Assembly (NCBI GenBank): GCA_025054525.1
Contig: JANWZJ010000005.1
Location: 2,458 to 53,279 of the forward strand
DNA length: 50,822 nucleotides
Direction of reading: 5' to 3'
Source: Bacteroidia bacterium
GTDB lineage: Bacteria; Bacteroidota; Bacteroidia; SpSt-205
In this document: positions 1 through 10,269 of the stretch, piece after piece
Position numbering within the stretch: position 1 is the stretch's first letter
Layout of the letters: the number at the start of each line of letters is the position of its first letter
Translations under genes and position numbers: made by a program
Notes under the pieces: generated by a model
Database searches by the model: none
Told to the model about the DNA's origin: nothing
Seen by the model: only the letters and a program-made list of their open reading frames with translations

Positions 1-290
1 CGGCGCGGCGACCCATCCGAAGCGTAGCCTATGACCTGAGGAGCCTTTCGCTTCTCTATAGTGATGCAGTTTACGGGGCATGCGCGAGCACACAAGTCGC
101 ATCCGATACAGTCTTCTATGGCGACATGAAGGCGATAATGTCCATTTTCGGGCACAGAGGGCTGTACATGCGGGTAGGCCAGCGTAACCGTCCCCGCAAT
201 AGCATACTGAGAAGGGTGGCGCTTGCGAAGCCGAAACGCTCCTACTAAATGCCTAAGGGCAAGCCATAGCCCCCGCCACAAACTACGCAT
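1..290 (-). CDS. nuoI: NADH-quinone oxidoreductase subunit I (4Fe-4S); runs off window edge, not in ORF track
   Basis: Manual translation from ATG at 290: [15 protein letters not shown]...VTLAYPH...[29 protein letters not shown]. CxxCxxCxxxCP motif in a NuoI-like context. Confidence 0.85.
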   Translation of the reverse strand, partial: MRSLWRGLWLALRHLVGAFRLRKRHPSQYAIAGTVTLAYPHVQPSVPENGHYRLHVAIEDCIGCDLCARACPVNCITIEKRKAPQVIGYASDGSPR

Positions 291-294
291 GCTT

Positions 295-302
295 CAAAGA
301 TA
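295..302 (-). promoter_or_regulatory. Bacteroidota -7 promoter element (nuoI)
   Basis: TATCTTTG, 4 nt before ATG. Confidence 0.8.
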
Positions 303-303
303 G

Positions 304-311
304 TATCTTTG
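304..311 (+). promoter_or_regulatory. -7 promoter element (guaB)
   Basis: TATCTTTG, 3 nt before ATG at 315. Confidence 0.75.
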
Positions 312-314
312 CTT

Positions 315-1772
315 ATGCAGCGGGAGTTTCCCCTGTACCTCACTTATGACGATGTGCTATTACTCCCTGCTTATTCGGAGATACTGCCGGAGGAGACGGA
401 TGTTCGCACGCAGCTCACACCTACCCTTAGCCTGAATATACCTATTCTGAGCGCAGCGATGGACACCGTAACCGAGTATCAAATGGCGATAGCCATAGCC
501 AGTGAGGGTGGCATAGGCATTCTCCATCGCAATCTCTCCATATCCGAGCAAGCGGAACAAGTACGCAAGGTCAAGCGCTATGAAAGCGGACTTATCATAG
601 ACCCGATTACGCTCCCCCCTGATGCTCCAGTGAAAGAAGCCTTCCAACTTATGGCAGAACACCGCATAGGAGGCATTCCCATAGTAGATAAGGCACATAA
701 GCTGGTAGGCATTCTTACCAATAGAGATATCCGATTTGTAGCGACAGATAATACTCCCGTATCGGCTTATATGACACCGATGCCTTTGATTACGGCGCCA
801 GAGCACACGACTTTAGACCAAGCAGAGGAGATTCTACGCAGACACCGCATAGAAAAGCTACCTCTGGTAGATAAGGAAAATCGCTTAGTGGGACTGATTA
901 CCTACAAGGACATCTTGCGGAAGCGTACCTATCCTAATGCCTGTAAAGACGAGTTGGGACGCTTACGGGTGGGAGGGGCGATAGGTACAGGTGAAGAAGC
1001 TCTGGTTCGGGCAGAAGCCTTGGTCAAAGCAGGTGTAGACCTACTTGTGATAGACACAGCCCATGGGCATAGCCGCAGGGTTATAGAAACCCTCACCGAA
1101 CTCAAAGAGCGCTATCCCCATGTGCCAGTTATGGCAGGTAATATCGCCACAGCCGAAGCAGCCGAAGACTTGATTCGGGCCGGCGCCGATATTATCAAGG
1201 TAGGAGTTGGACCTGGAAGCATCTGTACTACCCGCATCGTTACAGGCGTAGGCGTGCCTCAGCTTTCGGCTATTTTAGCGGTAGCGCCCATTACCCAAAA
1301 GGCAGGGGTAGGCTTAGTAGCCGATGGAGGAGTCCGCTACAGCGGCGACATCACGAAGGCGCTCGCAGCAGGGGCCAACGCCGTCATGCTCGGCAGTCTC
1401 TTAGCCGGTACGGAAGAAAGCCCAGGGGAAACCTTACTCTATGAGGGACGCAAGTTCAAAGTATATCGGGGCATGGGTTCGCTGGAAGCCATGCAAGCTG
1501 GAAGCGCGGACCGCTACGGACATAAGAAAAGCGCCCCTACCAAATTTGTTCCAGAGGGGGTGGTAGGACGGGTTCCGTATCGGGGCCTCGTGCGAGAAGT
1601 CCTTCATCAACTGGTAGGCGGCTTACGAGCGGGGATGGGTTACTGCGGCGCAGCCAACCTCCCAGAACTGAGGCAAGCTCAATTCATTCGCATTACCCAT
1701 GCCAGCCTTACGGAAAGCCATCCGCATAGCTTAGAAATCATCAAAGAGGCACCGAACTACTCTATTAAGTGA
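315..1772 (+). CDS. guaB: IMP dehydrogenase
   Basis: [22 protein letters not shown] pair, catalytic [18 protein letters not shown] 315 preferred over TTG 309, which lies inside the promoter box. Confidence 0.97.
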   Translation: MQREFPLYLTYDDVLLLPAYSEILPEETDVRTQLTPTLSLNIPILSAAMDTVTEYQMAIAIASEGGIGILHRNLSISEQAEQVRKVKRYESGLIIDPITLPPDAPVKEAFQLMAEHRIGGIPIVDKAHKLVGILTNRDIRFVATDNTPVSAYMTPMPLITAPEHTTLDQAEEILRRHRIEKLPLVDKENRLVGLITYKDILRKRTYPNACKDELGRLRVGGAIGTGEEALVRAEALVKAGVDLLVIDTAHGHSRRVIETLTELKERYPHVPVMAGNIATAEAAEDLIRAGADIIKVGVGPGSICTTRIVTGVGVPQLSAILAVAPITQKAGVGLVADGGVRYSGDITKALAAGANAVMLGSLLAGTEESPGETLLYEGRKFKVYRGMGSLEAMQAGSADRYGHKKSAPTKFVPEGVVGRVPYRGLVREVLHQLVGGLRAGMGYCGAANLPELRQAQFIRITHASLTESHPHSLEIIKEAPNYSIK

Positions 1773-3766
1773 AAATAGGACAGCTTCTCGGTCCGCTTCT
1801 TCTCCCCTTAGGGATTGCTACATTCGGGCTCCAGCTCATTTTTGCCTATTTCCGTCCCGACTCGCCCGTCATTCCTGGGCTTGGACTGGCTGGGCTATTC
1901 GCATTTTGGTTGGGTGCCTTTTTATTCATGCTTCATACGCTTTCCTGGCGCTGGCGCACCCCCGCAAGCCTTTTACGCTGGAATGCCATTCTCATTCCCA
2001 TAGGTATCGCAAACTTTCTCTTATGGGGTATTGTAATCCTTGTAGTGGGCGAAAAGTACCCTCGCCTCTTCTCCCTCGCTCATAACGCAATTGATACCGT
2101 ATGCGCCCTCCAAGCTGCCCTACATTTTGCAATTGCAGGTCATTTATTCCTCATCCGCCCTCTCCCCATCAAATCATCCATTCTGATAGGTTTCTACATC
2201 GGTTCGGCACTCATTCTTACACTTCATCTCATTTTACCCGAAGAGGGCAGCTATCTCACACCGCTGATTTGGATAGGGTTGCTACCTATTCTGTATTATA
2301 GCCAGTGGCTTGCCGAGGTAGCCGCCGAAGAAGTACCTCAAGCTACTCTCCTTATTGCCCTTTCCCTGATTGGACTCTTTCTGGAATGGGAAGTCCTGCC
2401 TGATTTACTCTTCACAGAATTTTCAGACTTCTTAGAGACCATCCATCCGCTGCTGGCAGCGGGAATCTTCTTACATGGGGGCTGGCTTTTAGTACCCTTG
2501 CTTCTGCGTATCACACAGACCAGCATCGGGAACCGAGACCCTTACGCTCTACTGACAGACTTTTTGGCTCGCCAACAGCGCGCCACTACCATTCAGAGCA
2601 TCTTAGAAAATACCATCTCTACTCTCTCTCGTCTAAGTGGTGTAGCGCATGCTTATATTCAACTAAAGGCTTCGCTGGAAGATACTTACATCGCTTCCTC
2701 CCTCCCCGAAGGCAACATTCGTGAAGGAATTCGCCAGCTCCTCCAAAATCATAGTGGCACGGATGCCTACATTCAAGAAATACCTAATCTTCGTAACCGC
2801 CACTCTGCATTCCCAGAAACTACCGCTCTGCTTATCCAACGCCCCGTGGCACGGCTCTACGGTCCTCTGCTCCACCAAGCCCTGCAAATCGCCATCCTTG
2901 CCCAAGACACTACCGGCTTTGAGGAGAAGGACATTCAACTAATTCTCACTCTCACCGAACAGACCGCCCTTTTTTTAGAGAACTTAGAGCGAAAAATCTA
3001 TCACGACCAACTCGTTACGGCTCGGAAGGAAGCAGATTTGCTCCGACAGACTCGAGAGGCTCTCATGCCCCCCCCTATTCCTATATTGGACAAAGTAGAG
3101 GTGGATGTACTTTTTGAGCAGTACGACCGAACGATAGGTGGCGATTATTATCAGGTATATGCCTATCCTGATGAGAAGATTGATTTTTGGATTTCTGATA
3201 ATTCAGGCACGGGCATAGCAGCCGCTTACCAAATGGCTCAAACACGAGGCGCCCTGAATACCCTCTGGACCCGAGGCCTCGGACCAGAAGAGTTTCTCTT
3301 AGAGCTCAACGATGCCCTCTATCGTATCTTCCCCAGAGGTCATTTTCTTGCGGCTACACTCTTGCGGTTTGACCTTAGAAAGCAAGAATACACACTCCTG
3401 CGAGCGGGCAATCCAGAGGTCTTCTACTGGACGCCTGCGATGAAGCAGCCCGAAGTTCTGCGCCCTTCTGGTATCGCTCTGGGCATAAGTAATGCCTCTA
3501 AAATCAGTCGCATAATCACCGCCGAAAAAGGAAAACTCGTTCCAGGGACTACCTTTATATGTTTCAGCGATGGCTTTTCCGAGGCTACCAATTCCCAAGG
3601 CGAGCGACTTGGCTCGGATCGGCTACTCCACATCATTCAGGCTCACATACACCGCCCAACTCATGAAATCTCCAGTTACATTCTGGAAGCAGTCCGTCAA
3701 TTCACAGGCTCCACCAGTTTAGGTGATGATGGCACCCTCATGATCGTGCGCTACACAGGCAAATAA
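1769..3766 (+). CDS. Membrane-bound PP2C/SpoIIE (RsbU-like) serine phosphatase with GAF-like linker
   Basis: Multiple N-terminal TM helices; [30 protein letters not shown] motifs. Confidence 0.88.
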   Translation: MKIGQLLGPLLLPLGIATFGLQLIFAYFRPDSPVIPGLGLAGLFAFWLGAFLFMLHTLSWRWRTPASLLRWNAILIPIGIANFLLWGIVILVVGEKYPRLFSLAHNAIDTVCALQAALHFAIAGHLFLIRPLPIKSSILIGFYIGSALILTLHLILPEEGSYLTPLIWIGLLPILYYSQWLAEVAAEEVPQATLLIALSLIGLFLEWEVLPDLLFTEFSDFLETIHPLLAAGIFLHGGWLLVPLLLRITQTSIGNRDPYALLTDFLARQQRATTIQSILENTISTLSRLSGVAHAYIQLKASLEDTYIASSLPEGNIREGIRQLLQNHSGTDAYIQEIPNLRNRHSAFPETTALLIQRPVARLYGPLLHQALQIAILAQDTTGFEEKDIQLILTLTEQTALFLENLERKIYHDQLVTARKEADLLRQTREALMPPPIPILDKVEVDVLFEQYDRTIGGDYYQVYAYPDEKIDFWISDNSGTGIAAAYQMAQTRGALNTLWTRGLGPEEFLLELNDALYRIFPRGHFLAATLLRFDLRKQEYTLLRAGNPEVFYWTPAMKQPEVLRPSGIALGISNASKISRIITAEKGKLVPGTTFICFSDGFSEATNSQGERLGSDRLLHIIQAHIHRPTHEISSYILEAVRQFTGSTSLGDDGTLMIVRYTGK

Positions 3767-3778
3767 GCGCCAAATACT

Positions 3779-3786
3779 TATCTTTG
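3779..3786 (+). promoter_or_regulatory. -7 promoter element (STAS gene)
   Basis: TATCTTTG, 4 nt before ATG. Confidence 0.8.
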
Positions 3787-3790
3787 TTCT

Positions 3791-4108
3791 ATGCAGGTAG
3801 AAGTCCAGCCTGGCATGAATGGACACTTCACCGTGAAACTATCGGGTGAGCTGGATGCCCTAACAGCACCCCGCCTCTACGAGAAACTCACTCAGCTCGT
3901 CCAACAAAACCCAGGTATTCAAAAAATCACCCTGCACTGCAGCGGACTAACTTACCTCTCTAGCGCAGGCGCGGGGATTCTTCTCATGTCTATGGACAAC
4001 TTCACCCCTAAGGGCATCTCCTTAGAACTAACCCAAGTCCAACCCGAAGTGTATAATGTGCTGGACATGCTGGGGCTCACCAAGCTCATGACTATCACCC
4101 ATGCCTAA
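3791..4108 (+). CDS. STAS-domain anti-sigma-factor antagonist (RsbV/SpoIIAA-like)
   Basis: LSGELDALTAP, YLSSAG phosphoacceptor loop, VLDMLGL; 105 aa. Confidence 0.9.
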   Translation: MQVEVQPGMNGHFTVKLSGELDALTAPRLYEKLTQLVQQNPGIQKITLHCSGLTYLSSAGAGILLMSMDNFTPKGISLELTQVQPEVYNVLDMLGLTKLMTITHA

Positions 4109-4517
4109 ATACGCCTTACACTTCGGCGCTACCTTAGAGAACCTACCGCTGATACGATATTTCGTCCAACAGAGACTAAAGCCCCATCTGCCTGACTCCA
4201 TCCAGCTCAATCAAGTTACCGTCGCTGTAGAAGAACTCTGCTCTAACTCTATTCTCCACGCTAATAAAGAAGACCCCACCAGGCAACTCCGATTACAACT
4301 ACACATTCAGAAAAAAGCCATTCATATCTACCTGCACGACCCAGCCCCTCCCTACGATATCCATAGCTACCCGTCTGAACCCCAACTCCTGCGTAAAGGA
4401 ACATTGCGTCCTGGGGGTTTTGGGATTTATCTTATGCGAAAGTTCATAGACCGAATTCATGTGCGTAGAGGCAAGAGAGACGGTTCTATCTATCACATGG
4501 TTAAGGAAATCTCCTAA
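4101..4517 (+). CDS. Anti-sigma factor / Ser kinase (RsbW-like HATPase_c)
   Basis: AVEELCSNSILHA N-box, GGFGIYLMRKFID G-box. Confidence 0.88.
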   Translation: MPKYALHFGATLENLPLIRYFVQQRLKPHLPDSIQLNQVTVAVEELCSNSILHANKEDPTRQLRLQLHIQKKAIHIYLHDPAPPYDIHSYPSEPQLLRKGTLRPGGFGIYLMRKFIDRIHVRRGKRDGSIYHMVKEIS

Positions 4518-5509
4518 TGCGTGCTGGAAGTGATACTGAAGAAAAATCCCTTCGCCCTCATAAGTTAGATGAGTTTATAGGGGATCGTCCCTTTTTGCGG
4601 AATCTGCGTGTCTTTCTGGAGGCAGCTCGCCAACGAAAGGACCCCTTAGACCATACCCTTTTCTATGGTCCGCCTGGGCTGGGCAAGACCACCTTAGCTA
4701 ACATCATAGCGCATGAGATGGGAACGCGCCTTTTTACGAGCAGCGGCCCTGCACTTCAGCGTCCGGCAGACCTTGCGGGGCTTCTGACCCAGCTCGGTCC
4801 CCGCGATGTACTTTTCATAGACGAAATTCATCGGCTCCATCCCGCCATAGAAGAATACCTCTACACGGCGATGGAGGACTACCGATTAGACATAGTCATA
4901 GACAGTGGCGCCCACGCCCGCACGCTCCAAGTACCGCTTCAACCCTTCACCTTAGTAGGAGCTACGACCCGATTAGGACTGCTAACTTCGCCTTTGGTTG
5001 CCCGCTTTGGCATTACCATCCATGTAGAATACTATACTCAAACAGAACTCGCCCAGATAGCCCTTCGTTCTGCAAAGATTTTGGGCATTGATTTAGAAGA
5101 GGAAGCAGCATATGCCATAGCACGCCGTAGCCGCGGTACTCCTCGCACCGCTAATCGCTTACTACGCAGACTGCGCGACTTTGCCCAAGTAGAAGGCATT
5201 CAAACTATCAGCGGCGAATATGCCGAAAAAGTACTCGCTATTCTCCAGATAGACCCTGCGGGCTTAGAAGATATAGACAAAAAACTTCTTCTTACCCTCA
5301 TAGATCGCTTCAAAGGAGGGCCCACTGGATTGCAGACACTGGCGGTAGCGGTAGGCGAAGAAGCTGAAACGATAGAAGAAGTATATGAACCTTACCTTAT
5401 TATGGAGGGGTTTCTTGAGCGGACACCGCGAGGACGGCGAGCCTTGAATCGGGCTTATCAGCACTTAGGAAAAGCTGTGCCTGGTCCTTCGCCGACTCTT
5501 TTTGGTTAG
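4517..5509 (+). CDS. ruvB: Holliday junction branch migration helicase RuvB
   Basis: LRP, GPPGLGKTTLA, FIDEIHRL, GATTR, SRGTPR, RTPRGR. Confidence 0.98.
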   Translation: MRAGSDTEEKSLRPHKLDEFIGDRPFLRNLRVFLEAARQRKDPLDHTLFYGPPGLGKTTLANIIAHEMGTRLFTSSGPALQRPADLAGLLTQLGPRDVLFIDEIHRLHPAIEEYLYTAMEDYRLDIVIDSGAHARTLQVPLQPFTLVGATTRLGLLTSPLVARFGITIHVEYYTQTELAQIALRSAKILGIDLEEEAAYAIARRSRGTPRTANRLLRRLRDFAQVEGIQTISGEYAEKVLAILQIDPAGLEDIDKKLLLTLIDRFKGGPTGLQTLAVAVGEEAETIEEVYEPYLIMEGFLERTPRGRRALNRAYQHLGKAVPGPSPTLFG

Positions 5510-5511
5510 CG

Positions 5512-6498
5512 GTGAGCTTAGCCCTCACTCAAGCGGTTCGCAGCTTAGCACGGGGACTGGGGTTTGATGCGTGTGGGATAGCGCCTGTGTTTTCGTTAGA
5601 AGAAGCACCGCCTAACTCACCCGCCGCTCTCGCTTACCAGCGCTACCTCCGCTGGATAGAGGAGGGTAAGCATGCCGATATGCATTACCTCGCTGAAAAT
5701 CCTAAACTGCGCAGCACCCCCGAAAGCCTTCTACCCCAAGGAAAAAGTCTGGTATTCGTTCTACAGAGCTACTTCCATACCAAGCGTGCTGTTTCTGTGA
5801 TAGCCCAGTACGCCTGGGGAAAAGACTATCACACTTCCATCCGAAGGCGGCTACAGATTATTGCGGACTATCTTATGCGGCACGGCGCGCAAGCCCGTCC
5901 CTTTGTAGATAGTGCGCCTATTTTAGAAAAGGCATGGGCTGTAGAAGCAGGTCTGGGCTGGATAGGGAAAAATACCCTACTTATCCATCCCAAACTGGGT
6001 ACCTATACGTTCATCGGGGGTGTCATTACCACGGCGGAACTGCTTCCGGATGAGCCCTTTCAGGAAAGTCTATGTGGTACTTGTCAGCGCTGCATAGAGG
6101 CTTGTCCCACTGGTGCGCTCACCCCCTACCAAATAGATGCTCGGCGCTGTATCGCTTACTGGACCATAGAAGCCCCTTCGCTCTCAGAAAACGCCCCTTC
6201 TACGGGAAAATGGGTCTTCGGCTGCGATATATGCCAGCAAGTGTGTCCATGGAATCGCTTTGCTCGTCCCCAGGGCGAGTTAGATTTTCGTCCCAAAGCT
6301 GAAGTGTTTCTACCCCCGGCTGCATGGGCTATCCTTTCTCGCTCCCAACTGAAAAAAATCCAGCAGGGCTCTGCCCTGCGCCGAGCCCGCCCCGAGAAAA
6401 TCCAGCACTTAGCCCAGTTAGCCCATGAAAGGATATCGGTAGTCCCCCGGTGGCAAAAAGTTTTCTTTGATAGCTCGGGGACTGAGCCAACGAATTAG
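5512..6498 (+). CDS. queG: tRNA epoxyqueuosine(34) reductase
   Basis: YAWGKDYH, VDSAPILEK, GWIGKN, CGTCQRCIEACPTGA, GCDICQQVCPWN. Confidence 0.95.
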   Translation: MSLALTQAVRSLARGLGFDACGIAPVFSLEEAPPNSPAALAYQRYLRWIEEGKHADMHYLAENPKLRSTPESLLPQGKSLVFVLQSYFHTKRAVSVIAQYAWGKDYHTSIRRRLQIIADYLMRHGAQARPFVDSAPILEKAWAVEAGLGWIGKNTLLIHPKLGTYTFIGGVITTAELLPDEPFQESLCGTCQRCIEACPTGALTPYQIDARRCIAYWTIEAPSLSENAPSTGKWVFGCDICQQVCPWNRFARPQGELDFRPKAEVFLPPAAWAILSRSQLKKIQQGSALRRARPEKIQHLAQLAHERISVVPRWQKVFFDSSGTEPTN

Positions 6499-8031
6499 GT
6501 TCCACGGAGAGCCAGCCTTATCGTTTGTGCCAGAAGCTCTGGCACCCCCAAAGGGCTGTTGATTCACTACAGCACCGGTGGGCTTATCATTTACGTAGAT
6601 ATTTCCTGCGGCATAGCGAAGTTCATCTAAGGCTTTTGCGATGACTGCTCTATCCTGTGCCCAAATCGCCCCTGTCAGCCCATAGGGCGATGTCTCATCC
6701 AGGAGGCGCAGCGATTCTTCCCACTGGTCATCGGGGTAGATATACACTGTCAGCACAGGACCGAAGATTTCTTCTTGCATAAGGCGATGCTTGGGGTCCT
6801 TCGTAACGAAAAGCGTAGGCTGGATAAAGTAGCCGACGCTGTCATCGTACCCCCCTCCTTCTAAGAGCGTAATAGCAGGGTCATGCTTGCCTAACTCTAT
6901 GTAGGAAACAATCTTGTCAAAGGAACCCTTATCAATCACGGCAGTAATGAAGTTAGAGAAGTCTTCGGGTGGTCCCATCCGAAAGTCACGCATCATTTGA
7001 ATGAGCTTGTGCAGGATTTCATCTGCACGGGAGGCAGGGAGATACGCCCGAGAAGCAGCCGAACATTTCTGCCCTTGATACTCATAAGCACCTCTTGCTA
7101 AGGCTACCGCTACGCCTTGGGCATCCGCACTATTGTGCACCCAAACAAAGTCTTTGCCCCCCGTCTCCGCTACGATACGAGGATAGTTGCGATACTTGGG
7201 GAGATTTTGAGAGATAGTTTGCCACAGCAGATTGAGCGTTTCTGTAGAACCAGTGAAATGTAGCCCCGCAAAATAAGGATGAGAAAAGGCTGCCTCTGAT
7301 AACACAGAACCTCGCACTATTACCAAGTTAATCACCCCCTCAGGCAGTCCAGCCTCTAACAGGACATCCAGGATAACCTTCGCCGAATACACTTGAGCCT
7401 CGGCGGGCTTCCATAGGACGACGTTGCCCATGAGCGCAGGGGCTGTGGGTAAGTTCCCCGCGATAGAGGCGAAGTTGAAGGGTGTGATTGCCACGATGAA
7501 GCCTTCCAGCGGACGATAATCCAATCGGTTGCGATTGAAAGCGGGACTATGAGGCTGCCAACTCATTAGCCATTCCGCATAATGCACATTAAACCGCCAG
7601 AAATCCACCAGCTCTGCAATAATATCTATCTCGGATTGGAATACATTTTTGGACTGTGCTATCATGCAGGCGGCATTTGCGTAGGCTCGGTATTTCTGAG
7701 ATAAAAGGTCAGCCGCTTTTAGGAAAATCTCTGCCCTCTGCGCAAAGCTCCAACGGCTCCAAGTACGGTGGGCTTTGAGAGCGGCGTCTATGGCTGCCTG
7801 CACTGCTTCTTTGCCTATCCGATAGCCTGTGCCTAAGGTATGGGCTTTGCGGTGGGGGGGACTGAGCCGAAAAGGCTCGCCTTCCCAAAAGCGTCCTCCT
7901 ATCCAACTGCGCACTTCCACTTGGCGTGTGTAGGCCTCATGCAGCGCTCGCTCTAATGCTGCGCGTTCAGGAGAGCCAGGCGCATGCGCCAAAACAGGCT
8001 CATTCTGCGGCATAGGGAAAAATTCGTTCAT
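6418..8031 (-). CDS. pruA: L-glutamate gamma-semialdehyde (P5C) dehydrogenase
   Basis: ALDH fold: ITPFNF, FTGST, ETGGK, YQGQKCSA, EEIFGP, GGARASGTNDKAG. Confidence 0.95.
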   Translation of the reverse strand: MNEFFPMPQNEPVLAHAPGSPERAALERALHEAYTRQVEVRSWIGGRFWEGEPFRLSPPHRKAHTLGTGYRIGKEAVQAAIDAALKAHRTWSRWSFAQRAEIFLKAADLLSQKYRAYANAACMIAQSKNVFQSEIDIIAELVDFWRFNVHYAEWLMSWQPHSPAFNRNRLDYRPLEGFIVAITPFNFASIAGNLPTAPALMGNVVLWKPAEAQVYSAKVILDVLLEAGLPEGVINLVIVRGSVLSEAAFSHPYFAGLHFTGSTETLNLLWQTISQNLPKYRNYPRIVAETGGKDFVWVHNSADAQGVAVALARGAYEYQGQKCSAASRAYLPASRADEILHKLIQMMRDFRMGPPEDFSNFITAVIDKGSFDKIVSYIELGKHDPAITLLEGGGYDDSVGYFIQPTLFVTKDPKHRLMQEEIFGPVLTVYIYPDDQWEESLRLLDETSPYGLTGAIWAQDRAVIAKALDELRYAAGNIYVNDKPTGAVVNQQPFGGARASGTNDKAGSPWNLIRWLSPRAIKENFLPPGDYRYPFMG

Positions 8032-8035
8032 GCCA

Positions 8036-8043
8036 CAAAAATA
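8036..8043 (-). promoter_or_regulatory. -7 promoter element (pruA)
   Basis: TATTTTTG, 4 nt before ATG. Confidence 0.8.
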
Positions 8044-8078
8044 ACGCTGCCTATGGACTCAGAGCTCATGGCATTAGG

Positions 8079-8086
8079 TAATTTTG
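8079..8086 (+). promoter_or_regulatory. -7 promoter element (lipoprotein)
   Basis: TAATTTTG, 7 nt before ATG 8094 (1 nt before GTG 8088). Confidence 0.65.
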
Positions 8087-8093
8087 CGTGCGT

Positions 8094-9137
8094 ATGGTGC
8101 ATAAAAGAAGTGCTTACCTCATTCTGGCTGTTTGGGGTCTCTGGGGATGCAATCCCTTTTACTCAGGGCGAGTGAAGAATTGGATTCCTGCGGAGAAAGA
8201 ACTCCCTGCAACTATCAAAAAAGTCGCGCTCATCAATCGCAGCGCTATCCCTGAGGAGGAGCGGAAACAAATTATGGATGAATACAAACGACGCGGCGTA
8301 CGGGAAGGGGCTGTACAGGGTGCGCTGACAGGCGGCTTATATGGGGCTGCGTATGGAGCAGCTACAGGGGGACTACAAGGGATATTAGATGAGCAGTGGC
8401 TCAAACGATCCCCCCAAGACGCTCTTCGCTATCTCCATGACCGTCTCAAGGAATGCGGCCGATTAGAGCCTATCATGATGGGACAAGAACTGCGCTGGAT
8501 GGGCAAATCCGATGGTTCGCTTCCTAATCCCCTTCCCTTAGACAGCATTAAGAAAATCGCTAAAGGGGCACCCGAAGCCCATGCGATTATTGCCTTAGAG
8601 ACTTTCTTGCCAGGTGGCTCTCCGCAGAAGCCCGAGATCTTAGTAGGCTTTCGCATGTACGACCCCAAAACTGCCAAAATCATAGATGAGATAACGATTA
8701 CAGGCAGCAGAGAGCGCTATTACTACGGGACTAATGTACAAGAGGTATATCGGTCAGCGGTGGAAGAATATGTGCATAGGTTTTCCGTCTGCCCCCCTGC
8801 TTATCCAGACGATGAGCGAGTAGTTCAGTTCTACGTAAAAGGTTCGCCTAATCTCCAGAAAGCCAAGACGGCTATTATTGGGCGCAACTGGAACGAGGCC
8901 ATCTCCCTCTGGGAAGCAGATGCGCGCAAGGGGAAAGGCACCGCAGCGAAGCGCGCTGCTTACAACTTAGCATTATTGTACGACTGCATGTGCGAGGTGG
9001 AAAAAGCCGATGAGTGGTACAAGCAGGCTGTAAGTAATGGGCTGGGACAAGCCCAATATGAAGAATGGGGGCGCTCCCGACGCAGCCTTTGTCAACAGCT
9101 CAACTCCCAACTGCCGCGGGAAAAACGCTCTTATTAG
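8094..9137 (+). CDS. Lipoprotein with glycine-zipper segment and C-terminal TPR
   Basis: Lipobox LWG-C; GAVQGALTGGLYGAAYGAATGG; AAYNLALLY TPR. Start is 8094 or 8088. Confidence 0.75.
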   Translation: MVHKRSAYLILAVWGLWGCNPFYSGRVKNWIPAEKELPATIKKVALINRSAIPEEERKQIMDEYKRRGVREGAVQGALTGGLYGAAYGAATGGLQGILDEQWLKRSPQDALRYLHDRLKECGRLEPIMMGQELRWMGKSDGSLPNPLPLDSIKKIAKGAPEAHAIIALETFLPGGSPQKPEILVGFRMYDPKTAKIIDEITITGSRERYYYGTNVQEVYRSAVEEYVHRFSVCPPAYPDDERVVQFYVKGSPNLQKAKTAIIGRNWNEAISLWEADARKGKGTAAKRAAYNLALLYDCMCEVEKADEWYKQAVSNGLGQAQYEEWGRSRRSLCQQLNSQLPREKRSY

Positions 9138-9212
9138 GGCGGGTAGTCGGATTCGAACCGACGACCTTCTGAGCCACAGTCAGACGCTCTAACCACCTGA
9201 GCTATACCCGCC
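9138..9212 (-). tRNA. tRNA-His(GUG), encoded G-1, no encoded CCA
   Basis: G-GCGGGTA...TCTGA CT GTG GC TCAGA...GTCGG TTCGAAT CCGAC TACCCGC C; full cloverleaf. Confidence 0.96.
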
Positions 9213-9221
9213 GAACTGCCA

Positions 9222-9229
9222 CAAATATA
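9222..9229 (-). promoter_or_regulatory. -7 promoter element (tRNA-His)
   Basis: TATATTTG, 9 nt before G-1. Confidence 0.7.
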
Positions 9230-9245
9230 CGACCCTTGCAGTATT

Positions 9246-10028
9246 TCAGGGATAAGGGAAGCTCAGTTCAAGCCCATCATATGCCAGAAACACCCCAGGG
9301 GGAAGTTCTGCTTGAACCTCTGCATGTCTGCCCATGAGATGGCTTATGTGGATGAAGTAGGCTTCTTGCGGTTTGAGCTGGGCCACCACCTCCAGCGCCG
9401 CATCTAAGTGAAAATGCGAAATGTGCGGCTCTTTACGAAGGGCATTCAGTACCAAGATTTCTACCCCTCTGAGATATTTCCAAGTCTCTTCTGGGATGGC
9501 GCTGGCATCTGTTATGTATGCCAGGCGCCCTATCCGATAACCCAGAATAGGTAGCCGATAATGCAGAAAAGGAAGGGGCAGGACTTCCACCCCATGCAGG
9601 CAGAAGGGAGAGAAGGGTTCTATTTCCCAGAGCGTGAGCTGCGGTAAGCCCGGATAAGGCGGCCCCTCAAAAGCATACGCATATTCTACACGAATCTGCT
9701 GCAGGGTACGATGATCTCCATAGAGAACAATCCGTTTATTCTGGAGGTAGTTGAAGGGGCGAACGTCATCTAACCCAGCTGTATGGTCTTTATGGGCATG
9801 GGTGAATAGTACGGCATCCACAGTGGGCAGGCGGGCTCGGAGCGCTTGTTGCCGAAAGTCTGGTCCTGTGTCTATCACCCATACCTGTTCGCCCACGAAG
9901 ATCGCTGCCGAAGTACGCAGGCGCTTATCGCGGGGGTCTGGCGATCGGCAGACTGGACAAGCACAGCCCAGAATAGGTACTCCTTGAGAAGTACCTGTCC
10001 CTAAAAAAACAAACTTTAGGTCGCCCAC
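9246..10028 (-). CDS. MBL-fold metallo-hydrolase (PhnP-like)
   Basis: LGTGTSQGVP, CxCxVC, IDTGPDFRQQ, THAHKDH. Confidence 0.92.
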   Translation of the reverse strand: MGDLKFVFLGTGTSQGVPILGCACPVCRSPDPRDKRLRTSAAIFVGEQVWVIDTGPDFRQQALRARLPTVDAVLFTHAHKDHTAGLDDVRPFNYLQNKRIVLYGDHRTLQQIRVEYAYAFEGPPYPGLPQLTLWEIEPFSPFCLHGVEVLPLPFLHYRLPILGYRIGRLAYITDASAIPEETWKYLRGVEILVLNALRKEPHISHFHLDAALEVVAQLKPQEAYFIHISHLMGRHAEVQAELPPGVFLAYDGLELSFPYP

Positions 10029-10267
10029 CGCCGAATCAAGTGCTCTTCCTCCGGCGTAATGTCCAAAGCCGATCGCAAATCCTCCGCTATGCTGGCTAAA
10101 GCACGCACCCGTCCTAAAGGAGGCGACAGCGTGTTAAGCACGATGAGTTTATTCTGGTACAAGCGACAGGGCGCACTGCGAAAAGTCCCTCGTAGATACT
10201 TGAGCTTGTAACCGTTTCGGCGGAAAAGCTGCTCTAACTGCTCCAAAACCGCTTGCGCACTGGCCAT
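10016..10267 (-). CDS. Small hypothetical protein
   Basis: 83 aa; fills the gap between aspS and the MBL gene with coupled ends. Confidence 0.75.
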   Translation of the reverse strand: MASAQAVLEQLEQLFRRNGYKLKYLRGTFRSAPCRLYQNKLIVLNTLSPPLGRVRALASIAEDLRSALDITPEEEHLIRRWAT

Positions 10268-10269
10268 AC

